The translations under genes and the position numbers were made by a program. Under the pieces are notes generated by a model that had not been told where the DNA came from, did not search any database, and saw nothing but the letters and a program-made list of their open reading frames with translations. 64,000 nt of DNA. Source: a virus (lineage: Duplodnaviria; Heunggongvirae; Uroviricota; Caudoviricetes). The stretch is from positions 209,301-273,300 of IMG/VR virus record IMGVR_UViG_3300026302_000005, one strand, 5' to 3'. Shown here one piece after another: positions 53,648-61,387 of the stretch. How positions within the stretch are numbered: the first letter of the stretch is position 1; each line of letters begins with the position of its first letter.

Positions 53648-53675
53648 AACGAAAAAGCCGCCCCGGGGGACGGCT
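53648..53675 (-). terminator. Intrinsic (attenuator) terminator upstream of the tRNA-Gln genes
   Basis: AGCCGTCC-cccg-GGGCGGCT followed by TTTTCGTTT. Confidence 0.85.
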
Positions 53676-53703
53676 GTGAGGGATCGATCAGATAAGCCTT
53701 TGC

Positions 53704-53745
53704 TTAACCGCCGTATCCCTCACGATGTTGTTGCTGCTTGCGCAT
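53704..53745 (-). CDS. Attenuator leader peptide MRKQQQHREGYGG
   Basis: AGGGA SD 8 nt upstream; CAG CAA CAA; overlaps alternative helices. Confidence 0.85.
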   Translation of the reverse strand: MRKQQQHREGYGG

Positions 53746-53785
53746 GATCGAATTCCCTATGAGCGTGATTCGCTCTGTCACAACC

Positions 53786-53814
53786 TATTTAGTCCAAGTC
53801 CTCTGATTTGTCAA
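53786..53814 (-). promoter_or_regulatory. Promoter of the tRNA-Gln operon
   Basis: TTGACA-N17-TAAATA. Confidence 0.8.
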
Positions 53815-53983
53815 CCTCTATCGAGAAGAGTTTTTTGAACGTCGCCGCAAACAGGCCGAGACCGATAACATGGCTGACGAATGACACTCCGTATCCAACC
53901 ATCGTGGTTGAATACCCCAGCACAAATGTCGGGACACCCAGTCCCAGTAATGCTGCAAGTGCATAAGATATAGTCGAGATCAT
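53789..53983 (-). CDS. Small membrane protein, 64 aa
   Basis: Two hydrophobic segments; GAGGA SD. Confidence 0.65.
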   Translation of the reverse strand: MISTISYALAALLGLGVPTFVLGYSTTMVGYGVSFVSHVIGLGLFAATFKKLFSIEVDKSEDLD

Positions 53984-54133
53984 GTGTTTTTTCCTCACTG
54001 ACATGTCTTTTTGTATAAGTATTTGGGGGATATCAGTATGACACATGCATCCTACTAGATGATGTGTTGAGCAAATTTTCATTATTTTTCAGGGTCTTGA
54101 CGAATCAATACCTTATCGGAGTTGATTCGCCCG

Positions 54134-54808
54134 TTAGTGCTGCGATACCCATTCCCGCAGGGCCGAATCCAGGCTATCCTGGTGGTGCTGCTGAGCCTGC
54201 TCCAGTGTATCGAACGGAGGCACACCCGCTTCCCAGGCGATATACTTCCCATCCTTGGACAGGTGGACCTCGTAATCCCAGAACGGACCTTCGGCTACCC
54301 AGATAAAGGGGGCAAAGTCAACAGTGGACAGGCTTTTGACCTTCCAGTCCAGCTTCTGAAATTCAATCGGTGCGGTAGGTGTTTTCGCCGCACACTGCTT
54401 GCTATAGGCAGCAGCAAATGCACTGGCCATCGCCAACCGGTGAGCCCGAACTGCTCGCTCGTTCATCTTGAGCATCGCGGTTAGTTCGATCCATTCAACC
54501 CTCTGGATCAGGTCACTCACCGTATTTGGAATCACCATTCTGATAAACCGCCATACCCCCCGATTCCAGGAGTTCTTGTATTTCCGAACTGCCAGGTCAT
54601 AGCAGTCCGCATGAACTTGCTGGTGCCGCCGTATGATGGCATCAGGTCCTGCGGTGCGAAGTGCGTATTCGCCAAAATAGTCACCCGTCAACAGGGCTCG
54701 GGCAAGGGTGGGCCAACTGAAATCATCGACCATGTGGAGGGCCACCTCTTCGGTGATCGATACCCCGGTCGGAAAGATGTCAAGAAACTCTTCGGTCGTG
54801 TATGTCAT
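54134..54808 (-). CDS. Hypothetical protein (start MTYTTEE)
   Basis: AGGAG SD. Confidence 0.7.
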   Translation of the reverse strand: MTYTTEEFLDIFPTGVSITEEVALHMVDDFSWPTLARALLTGDYFGEYALRTAGPDAIIRRHQQVHADCYDLAVRKYKNSWNRGVWRFIRMVIPNTVSDLIQRVEWIELTAMLKMNERAVRAHRLAMASAFAAAYSKQCAAKTPTAPIEFQKLDWKVKSLSTVDFAPFIWVAEGPFWDYEVHLSKDGKYIAWEAGVPPFDTLEQAQQHHQDSLDSALREWVSQH

Positions 54809-55125
54809 TTCTGTGCTCTCCTGGCTTTCTCTTCTTCCCACCACACCATGAGCTTGGTCACCCGGTCGGCCTGTTCAGCCATGAATTGGGCTTTCCAGGC
54901 TTGCCATTCTGGTGTTGCTCGTATTGCGGCCCGCCCTGGCTCCCCATCGATCCATTCTTGACGACGACGCTCGGCCTCTACGATGGAAGCCAAACCAGGA
55001 TTGTCCTTGTCACCGGTTAGAATGTGTCTGATCTCTGAGATACGAGCCCGATGGACTCGTATCTCAGCCTCAAGCTGTTTCTGTTCAGCTTGCAGTTCGA
55101 TCAGGCGCTGCTGGTCAGGCTGCAC
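54805..55125 (-). CDS. Coiled-coil hypothetical protein
   Basis: Coupled ORF. Confidence 0.65.
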   Translation of the reverse strand: MQPDQQRLIELQAEQKQLEAEIRVHRARISEIRHILTGDKDNPGLASIVEAERRRQEWIDGEPGRAAIRATPEWQAWKAQFMAEQADRVTKLMVWWEEEKARRAQK

Positions 55126-55342
55126 GGGCCTTACCCTTGCTCTTGGCTGGCTTCGCCTCCACCTCGGGCTCCACCGGCTTGGCAGCAGCCTTCTCGGCAG
55201 CTTTGGAAGCGGCCTGGGCCGTAGCCCGTTGAGCCTTCCATGCGGACTTCGGCGAAAACTTCGCCCGACCGGCGTTCACATCGACCTGGGCCTTTTCGTC
55301 CGATACCCGGGTGATCTTGCCATTGACTTCGATACACTTCAT
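55115..55342 (-). CDS. Small basic Ala/Lys-rich protein
   Basis: GGAG SD; AKP-rich tail. Confidence 0.75.
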   Translation of the reverse strand: MKCIEVNGKITRVSDEKAQVDVNAGRAKFSPKSAWKAQRATAQAASKAAEKAAAKPVEPEVEAKPAKSKGKARAA

Positions 55343-55442
55343 TGCGATTCGCTCCATGTGGGTTGGCGAAAATGCCAACGCCCCCAGCGTATCTCTACGA
55401 GGGGGCGTTGTCAACCATCAATAGCCGGGATTTTGTCTAGGA

Positions 55443-55697
55443 TCACGATTCGTCTATTGGCACCAACCCACCTTCATCCCCTGGAACTTCGGGTCCGGTT
55501 GTTTGGCTTGCAGGCCCCCTTGCGGTATCAGTGGTAAAACGGCTTTCGCCTCCCACAGGTTCCGGGCCTGTCCCGAGCTTCCTCTCCGTGGAGCCGTGAC
55601 CTCGATGGATTTCTGTGCCCTGTCGAACCCCTTCCAGCCCCTCACCATACGAGGTCATCTGTCGGGTTGTTCGCAGGATAGTCTCAAGCGTGAGCAT
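55443..55697 (-). CDS. Possible hypothetical protein, 84 aa
   Basis: TGATG coupling only. Confidence 0.35.
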   Translation of the reverse strand: MLTLETILRTTRQMTSYGEGLEGVRQGTEIHRGHGSTERKLGTGPEPVGGESRFTTDTARGPASQTTGPEVPGDEGGLVPIDES

Positions 55698-55939
55698 CAG
55701 ATGTCGTTCCAGTCCAGGATGCCCTGGCCGACGTTTCGACAGATGCTGTTGGCGGTCTCAGCCGACATCCCCTCGGGCCGTGCAATCGACCGATCCCACT
55801 CCACGAGTTCATGCGTGTAGAGTTGGCACACGATGGTGCCCTTGGGGGTTTCCACCACCACGGGGTCAGATTCGAAATCCTGTGGAGAACACGCCGTGAT
55901 GGTTGCCACGACCAGAAGTGCAAGTGCGATACGTGTCAT
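55697..55939 (-). CDS. Rhodobacteraceae-type small lipoprotein
   Basis: ITA-C lipobox; PVVVETPKG.IVCQLYT..V.WDR.I.RP.GMS...A..IC. Confidence 0.75.
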   Translation of the reverse strand: MTRIALALLVVATITACSPQDFESDPVVVETPKGTIVCQLYTHELVEWDRSIARPEGMSAETANSICRNVGQGILDWNDI

Positions 55940-55947
55940 GGTGATCC

Positions 55948-56685
55948 TCATACGACCAATGCGGTCTCTTTGGGTTTCAGCAGCATTCGTGCTGCTACCG
56001 TGCTGTCCGGTCGGTCAATCAGTTCCGGAAACAGTTCGAGTAGTTCGGTTCGGGTCTGAATATCCAACGTGCTGAGTGAACTCTTCCCGGGAAGGAAGCT
56101 CTCAGTCATCACATCATCTGCAACCACCACTTCATGGCGACCGGTCATCAGATGAATATACGTGGTATTCCGGGGAATGTCCATGACGATTCGTTCACCA
56201 TCGATCAGTCCCTTGGCGGATGCAAGGACTTCACGTTCTCCAAAGTGGAGTGCGGCTTTGTCACTGATCAACAGGAACCGATGCTGCTGGGATACCGTCA
56301 TGTCCCGACTGGGCATACCAGGTCCGAACGCATCCTTGCGAACGATCACCCCGAGCAGGGCCGGGTTCGTGTTCATCGAGTAGCGGCTCACCCGCTTCTT
56401 GCCGATCCACTCAACCTGTTGATATCCATTGTCGCGAGTGAACACCTGATCGCCAACGACAATCTGATCGACATCGATCAGGCCGTGTTTGGTCATCACT
56501 TGGCTACCCGGGGTGAAACAGATGCATCCACCCCCACCACCGCCCCCGTGACTGGAACCGTGGCTTCCGTGGCTTCCGTGGCTTCCTTTTCCACCACGTC
56601 CACGACCATCATCGTCATCTTTCAGGAAGTTGACGATACCTGTTTGTTGTTCATCATTCTGATCGCTGCTCATTTTGTTCTCCAA
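55948..56685 (-). CDS. Hint_2 (hedgehog/intein-like) domain protein with a short Gly/Ser/His-rich N-peptide
   Basis: ICFTPG, GD.V.TRDNG.Q.V.WIG, FGEREVL, Y.HL...HE, TESFLPG. Confidence 0.9.
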   Translation of the reverse strand: MENKMSSDQNDEQQTGIVNFLKDDDDGRGRGGKGSHGSHGSHGSSHGGGGGGGCICFTPGSQVMTKHGLIDVDQIVVGDQVFTRDNGYQQVEWIGKKRVSRYSMNTNPALLGVIVRKDAFGPGMPSRDMTVSQQHRFLLISDKAALHFGEREVLASAKGLIDGERIVMDIPRNTTYIHLMTGRHEVVVADDVMTESFLPGKSSLSTLDIQTRTELLELFPELIDRPDSTVAARMLLKPKETALVV

Positions 56686-56706
56686 GTTCAGCCCCCACCA
56701 CGGGTC

Positions 56707-56955
56707 TTAGTTGGATTTACTCGATTCCCGATGCACCATCGCGTTCAATACGAAATGGGTATACCAGGATAGTCTCACATATCCAATCGGTCTTGCCACC
56801 GTCCACCGGTTCGTGACTATCGGCTTTACAAGCTCTAGCCCATCCTCGTGTAAGATGAAACGACCGTGATCTCCCACAGCCCAACGTTCCGGTTCCAACC
56901 ATAGCGACTCACGTATGGCTTTGTCCAGACTTTTATAGTGCCCAATTGCTGACAA
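56707..56955 (-). CDS. Hypothetical protein, 82 aa
   Basis: GGAG SD. Confidence 0.6.
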   Translation of the reverse strand: MSAIGHYKSLDKAIRESLWLEPERWAVGDHGRFILHEDGLELVKPIVTNRWTVARPIGYVRLSWYTHFVLNAMVHRESSKSN

Positions 56956-56978
56956 TCTGTTTCTCCAAATGCCAGTAA

Positions 56979-57173
56979 TCAGGCGATGTCAGTCTTGTGC
57001 AACTTGTGATCGCGGTTGGACCGCTGTTCGTTTCGCTCATCGAGTTTCTTCCGGACCTGATCACCCTGATCGACAATCCACAAAACCCCCACGATGATAA
57101 ACAACAATCCGATCATTCCAAAGTCCATATCAGGTTCCCATCCATACTGTGTCATGACCCGGGTTCGAGTCAT
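56979..57173 (-). CDS. Small membrane protein (start uncertain)
   Basis: Single TMD. Confidence 0.55.
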   Translation of the reverse strand: MTRTRVMTQYGWEPDMDFGMIGLLFIIVGVLWIVDQGDQVRKKLDERNEQRSNRDHKLHKTDIA

Positions 57174-57768
57174 ACCAGCAATACTCGATCATCTTTCGAC
57201 CAATGTCAAGTCCTTGAGATGACAACCACAAAGTCTTTTGATGGACGGAGGTCAGAAATTCCGCACGATCCATATCATACCCGCGTTGGGTCAACATGAA
57301 CCCAACATGGGTTGGAGTTTGTTTGGCCGAATTGCGAGACAGATACTGGGATGGGATCGTGTAGATATACCTGCGGAATTCATCGACCGATTTCACCGGC
57401 ACCGAGAGTTCCAGGTGGGCTTCCCAATATCCACCCGGGTGGTCAGCACGAGCGATATCAGACGGCGATGTCTCGATCTTTGCGCGAACCGGACTGACCC
57501 GGGCCAGGATCATCCTACACATGATCCGCTCGGCTTCATCCCGGGCCTCATCATAAGTTCCACGAAATTTGTGCGAGGTCATTGCTTCATCATGAACCAA
57601 TCCATCGCGGCGGTCGGTGTGGACGAGAATCGGTTTGATCCCCAACTTCCGACAGACCTCCGGGAACGCCTGGTTGTCTTCCGGTCGCACCGTGATGTGA
57701 ATTTCATGGTGATCCAGTGGCACGTCCTGGTGCTGGAATGTGCAATCAATGCATCCAGCACAGGTCAT
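57130..57768 (-). CDS. Hypothetical protein, 212 aa
   Basis: Coupled ORF; HEIHITV and EAHLEL duplicated motifs. Confidence 0.75.
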   Translation of the reverse strand: MTCAGCIDCTFQHQDVPLDHHEIHITVRPEDNQAFPEVCRKLGIKPILVHTDRRDGLVHDEAMTSHKFRGTYDEARDEAERIMCRMILARVSPVRAKIETSPSDIARADHPGGYWEAHLELSVPVKSVDEFRRYIYTIPSQYLSRNSAKQTPTHVGFMLTQRGYDMDRAEFLTSVHQKTLWLSSQGLDIGRKMIEYCWYDSNPGHDTVWMGT

Positions 57769-58103
57769 TCGGTTTTACCCGGTTGGTTGTGCATCCAGTC
57801 GGCGGATTCCGAATTGGTAACCCCGTCGATGACAATCGGATATATGGTCGGATATACGTCAATGATGTCATAGACCGGGCCGTCGATCAGCACGAAGTTC
57901 GGTTTGTCCGGTGCCGCATCACGCCATGCCGCGAGTTCTTTCGGGGCCATGCAAATCCGACGTTCGACCTGGCCCAGACCATCCAACAACCATTGGGGTA
58001 GATAGCCGACCGACTCGGCCCGACCAATTAGGTCGTCGAGTTCCGCAATTGCGCCAACAGATGCAGCATGCACCAGGTTTCGTCTCATGTATTCGTTCGA
58101 CAC
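57765..58103 (-). CDS. Hypothetical protein, 112 aa
   Basis: AGGAG SD. Confidence 0.65.
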   Translation of the reverse strand: MSNEYMRRNLVHAASVGAIAELDDLIGRAESVGYLPQWLLDGLGQVERRICMAPKELAAWRDAAPDKPNFVLIDGPVYDIIDVYPTIYPIVIDGVTNSESADWMHNQPGKTE

Positions 58104-58105
58104 GT

Positions 58106-58429
58106 CTATCTCCTGGTATCTGCCGCTACAGCCGAAGCATAGCTCGATCCGATCAGCTTGTAAAGATCATTCGGATGCATCCCGGGTTCCCAGATGGTGC
58201 CGCCACTGATGTGGAACTGTTCGGCTTGCATGTGATGGGTCGGGCATAGACTGATGCCGTTCTGGAGCACATAGCCGCCGTTCGGCATCAGATGGCGATC
58301 CGTGATATGATGGGCGTCCAGATCGGTCTTGGAATCACAAAACCGGCACGTATGCCGGTCTCTGGAGAACACCGCGTCCCGAAACGCCTGTCGGACTTTT
58401 TTCTTGTTGGAGACTGCGATCTTGGTCAC
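58106..58429 (-). CDS. HNH endonuclease
   Basis: VFSRD..TCRFC...DAHHI...NGISLCPTHH. Confidence 0.85.
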   Translation of the reverse strand: MTKIAVSNKKKVRQAFRDAVFSRDRHTCRFCDSKTDLDAHHITDRHLMPNGGYVLQNGISLCPTHHMQAEQFHISGGTIWEPGMHPNDLYKLIGSSYASAVAADTRR

Positions 58430-58446
58430 GGTAAAGCCTCGGTAAA

Positions 58447-58523
58447 TGGTGGGCCCGGGAGGACTTGAACCCCCAACCAAGGCGTTATGAGCGCCCCGCT
58501 CTAACCAATTGAGCTACAGGCCC
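58447..58523 (-). tRNA. tRNA(CAU), most likely Ile2 (lysidine type) rather than Met
   Basis: GGGCCTG G1-C72 body, loop CT-CAT-AA, CCA; no initiator features. Confidence 0.85.
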
Positions 58524-58528
58524 GGAAG

Positions 58529-58615
58529 TTACTTCGCGGCTATCGCGGCATCAAGCTCGGCCAGCACAGCAGCCAGCGGGCGAACCACGACGATCTTGGT
58601 GTCTTTGCGAGCCAT
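58529..58615 (-). CDS. 28-aa leader ORF with a single ATA codon, ending 5 nt before tRNA(CAU)
   Basis: AAGGA SD; MARKDTKIVVVRPLAAVLAELDAAIAAK. Confidence 0.65.
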   Translation of the reverse strand: MARKDTKIVVVRPLAAVLAELDAAIAAK

Positions 58616-58648
58616 GATGGTGTTCCTTTGCGCTTCGTTCACTTGACC

Positions 58649-58677
58649 TATGTATCAGCTTCAAACTGATTCGTCAA
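58649..58677 (-). promoter_or_regulatory. Early promoter
   Basis: TTGACG-N17-TACATA. Confidence 0.7.
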
Positions 58678-58678
58678 C

Positions 58679-59053
58679 TTATATCTGATCGTGGGTGCAA
58701 AGATTCAGCAGTTCCAACTTTCGATCCTGGTAGTCGGCTCGGAACACCAGGCCGATGTGCTGGCTCTTCAAGTGAGCCCACAACGTGCCTTTGGGATACG
58801 ACTTGAGCGGGTGGACGTAATGCTCGTGTGGATACTCATCCAGCTTCGGCTGTCGGGGTTGGTTCGTGATGAATCCAAGCAAGTCACGGAGGGCCGTCAT
58901 TACCCGTTTATCGGTCTGGTATTTGCCCATACCCTTGCGATAGGATTTGGTTTCACCGACCGACCAGCCGGAATCCTCCAACAAGGTCCACTCGATGATC
59001 TCCAGTGGGCCCAGTTGATGATATTCGAGAAGTGATTCTACCAGCGATGTCAT
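58679..59053 (-). CDS. RelE/YafQ-like fold protein, late and probably leaderless
   Basis: VHPLKSYPKGTLWAHL...LVF...LELLNLCTHDQI resembles YafQ HxL..G..H...L.Y...L..GTH; TAAATA-N5-ATG. Confidence 0.55.
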   Translation of the reverse strand: MTSLVESLLEYHQLGPLEIIEWTLLEDSGWSVGETKSYRKGMGKYQTDKRVMTALRDLLGFITNQPRQPKLDEYPHEHYVHPLKSYPKGTLWAHLKSQHIGLVFRADYQDRKLELLNLCTHDQI

Positions 59054-59061
59054 GCTGATAT

Positions 59062-59859
59062 TTAGGCCCGTGATTGCTCAACCATGTTGTTGATCGCATC
59101 GACCACATTGGCGATGTTACAGGCATACAGACCAGCGGAGTTGAATCCGTTGTATTCGATCACCTTGAGTTCCCCATCGACCTGGCCGATGTCGATGACA
59201 TATGCCGGGGCCGGGTTGTGCAGCGCAATTGCTTTTGCTGCACACTCCAGGACTTCATCATAGATTTCCCGCGACGGCATGACACGACGCCACTGCCGGT
59301 AGATGGAATAATCCACCACACGACCGTCCACCACCGGAAGACGCCATTCGATGCCGATCTGCTTGATTGAACTCACACAGACGTTGAACTCGTGTTTGTC
59401 CCACATGTTGGCGATCAGGGCTTCCATGAAGAACGGATACTTCTGTGGATCGAACACCGTGCCGGGGAATTCCTTGTCGTCGGTGTCGGGTTTGGCAAAG
59501 AAGTATTCCCAGCCTCGCTCCAGGGCCACCTGGGTGGCTTCCATGGCTGGAACCACCTGGAGGTCAGCATTCATGTAGAGAGGCCCCAGGGCGGCTGCTA
59601 CGCGGCTCTCACGCACATCCTCGACATCCCATATCCCAGGGGTCCATCCGTTGCGGTCCACCACGGTGCGGATCGCGGTGCTACCAAAGGCCACGACCGG
59701 ACCTTCGATGATGGGATCACCACCGACTACAGACCGTTCAAATGGAACGATCTGAATCTCCACCCACTTGTGGCCGGTCTGTTCGACCCGCTCGATGATC
59801 TTCTGGTTGACGTCGATGCGATGCTCTTGTGAAGATCGCTCAAGAACCCACGTGATCAT
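59062..59859 (-). CDS. ATP-grasp protein (DUF4343/R2K-like)
   Basis: FAKP, EWR..VVDG, YVIDI, KVIEYN.FNSAGLY. Confidence 0.85.
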   Translation of the reverse strand: MITWVLERSSQEHRIDVNQKIIERVEQTGHKWVEIQIVPFERSVVGGDPIIEGPVVAFGSTAIRTVVDRNGWTPGIWDVEDVRESRVAAALGPLYMNADLQVVPAMEATQVALERGWEYFFAKPDTDDKEFPGTVFDPQKYPFFMEALIANMWDKHEFNVCVSSIKQIGIEWRLPVVDGRVVDYSIYRQWRRVMPSREIYDEVLECAAKAIALHNPAPAYVIDIGQVDGELKVIEYNGFNSAGLYACNIANVVDAINNMVEQSRA

Positions 59860-60221
59860 TCGTGGCCCCCTTCATCTTTTGGCAGGATGCGGCCATACCG
59901 AAGTTCCAGCTTGGGTGTTCGATTCTGTATCTCTTCAATCGAGAGGACGGTGTGGGCCTCATCGATAAGTCTCCAGGTGTTTCGATCCATCGGAATGGTT
60001 GCCCAGTCCGCAAAACCAGCAATGGCTTCACCGACGATCTCTATCAGATCACAGAAAAACCCTATGATCCGGTGAATCAATCCCAACACCAAAAGCACCG
60101 CGATGCAGGGTGCCGAGACAATCCAATACAGTGTTCTCCAGAGATAGACTCGGATGATATGGGATCGAATTTCGGGGCAGGTTTTGAACACCTGGTAGTC
60201 GTTTCTTGGTCGAACAAGCAT
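59856..60221 (-). CDS. Membrane hypothetical protein
   Basis: Hydrophobic segment; GGGGA SD. Confidence 0.6.
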   Translation of the reverse strand: MLVRPRNDYQVFKTCPEIRSHIIRVYLWRTLYWIVSAPCIAVLLVLGLIHRIIGFFCDLIEIVGEAIAGFADWATIPMDRNTWRLIDEAHTVLSIEEIQNRTPKLELRYGRILPKDEGGHE

Positions 60222-60222
60222 G

Positions 60223-60708
60223 TCAGTTTCCCCCAATAGGCCATGGGTCTCCGTCTGATGGTTTCCAGTATTCCCACGGATCGCTGACCGAGGTGCAACC
60301 GATGCATATCCCCAGTAGACGATAATCCGGTTTTATAGCTGCGGAACGATAGTCTTCCGCGATGGCCCGCCAGTGGTTGGCCCGATCTGGAGCCCAGGGT
60401 TCGGATAGTTGTGCGAACTCTTCCAGTAGCACCGCCCCATCCATGAGTCTATCGACCGGGCAATATGACCAGTCGAAGGTTGCCAGCAACGCAAATCGCT
60501 CACAGGCTCGAAGCCGTGTGTCCCGTTGTAGAGCCCATACATCCTTCATCTGTCCGGTGATGGCCCGGGAATACGGCATCGGTGGCAGGTAGTGATGCTC
60601 TAGGTAATCCCACACGACCGGTGCAGAGCCCCAGGAATTGCGGTGCTCCCGAATGGTGGTGACCTTGGTCTTGAACAACCGGTAGGTGGTGGTATAGCTC
60701 ATGGTCAA
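60223..60708 (-). CDS. Hypothetical protein, 161 aa
   Basis: Coupled ORF. Confidence 0.7.
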   Translation of the reverse strand: MTMSYTTTYRLFKTKVTTIREHRNSWGSAPVVWDYLEHHYLPPMPYSRAITGQMKDVWALQRDTRLRACERFALLATFDWSYCPVDRLMDGAVLLEEFAQLSEPWAPDRANHWRAIAEDYRSAAIKPDYRLLGICIGCTSVSDPWEYWKPSDGDPWPIGGN

Positions 60709-60977
60709 CCTTTCATACGTTCTTCAAACTCAATGGCTGTTTCGCAGTTGTGTGGAATTTCACCATCAACTAGAATTTCAATACCTTTGGTCCGAAGCGC
60801 AATTACCAACAGTTGCTCCCAACCGTAATTCATGTTATCCCAGCAACCTGCAATTGGGGAGTAAGAAAACACTTCTTCCCCATCTATCAAAACGGAACCA
60901 CCGGAATCATAGTTCGTTCCACAGGTTTCACAATCAGAGGAGACATCCTCTGTATGGATTTCAATTTTCATACTCAT
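60705..60977 (-). CDS. Hypothetical protein with CxxC
   Basis: ATGA-coupled. Confidence 0.65.
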   Translation of the reverse strand: MSMKIEIHTEDVSSDCETCGTNYDSGGSVLIDGEEVFSYSPIAGCWDNMNYGWEQLLVIALRTKGIEILVDGEIPHNCETAIEFEERMKG

Positions 60978-61387
60978 TTGCCAATCCACAGACTGTAGGG
61001 TTGGACCGCGATGAACGACTGCCACCCGTGATCCTTGATGCGACCATTCCAGGTATCAACGTAGACCCGCCATCCGTAGCCGAGCCAGATTTCGGGATCG
61101 TCGGTCGGGGTCCATGCATCCTTGGGCAGAGCCCGTAGCCAGTCCCATGCATACTCTGCCATTCGGTTCGTGTCGATGGGTGTCGGAAATGGATTGAACC
61201 CTGGATTCATGACAGTCCCATCTTTGTTGGGATTGGTCCAGAAGAACACCATACGGTGGGGATTGGTATCAATCGCCCATCCAACAGCCGGAGATTTCAA
61301 CGCCAGTGACATGGCGGTGATCAGCCGATCCTTGGATTCGCCATTCACCGAAATGACAGGGTTGTCATAGATTTCACTCAGATTCAT
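60974..61387 (-). CDS. Conserved phage hypothetical protein
   Basis: Coupled; GW.VY..W...I.V.P.W.GK ending. Confidence 0.75.
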   Translation of the reverse strand: MNLSEIYDNPVISVNGESKDRLITAMSLALKSPAVGWAIDTNPHRMVFFWTNPNKDGTVMNPGFNPFPTPIDTNRMAEYAWDWLRALPKDAWTPTDDPEIWLGYGWRVYVDTWNGRIKDHGWQSFIAVQPYSLWIGK

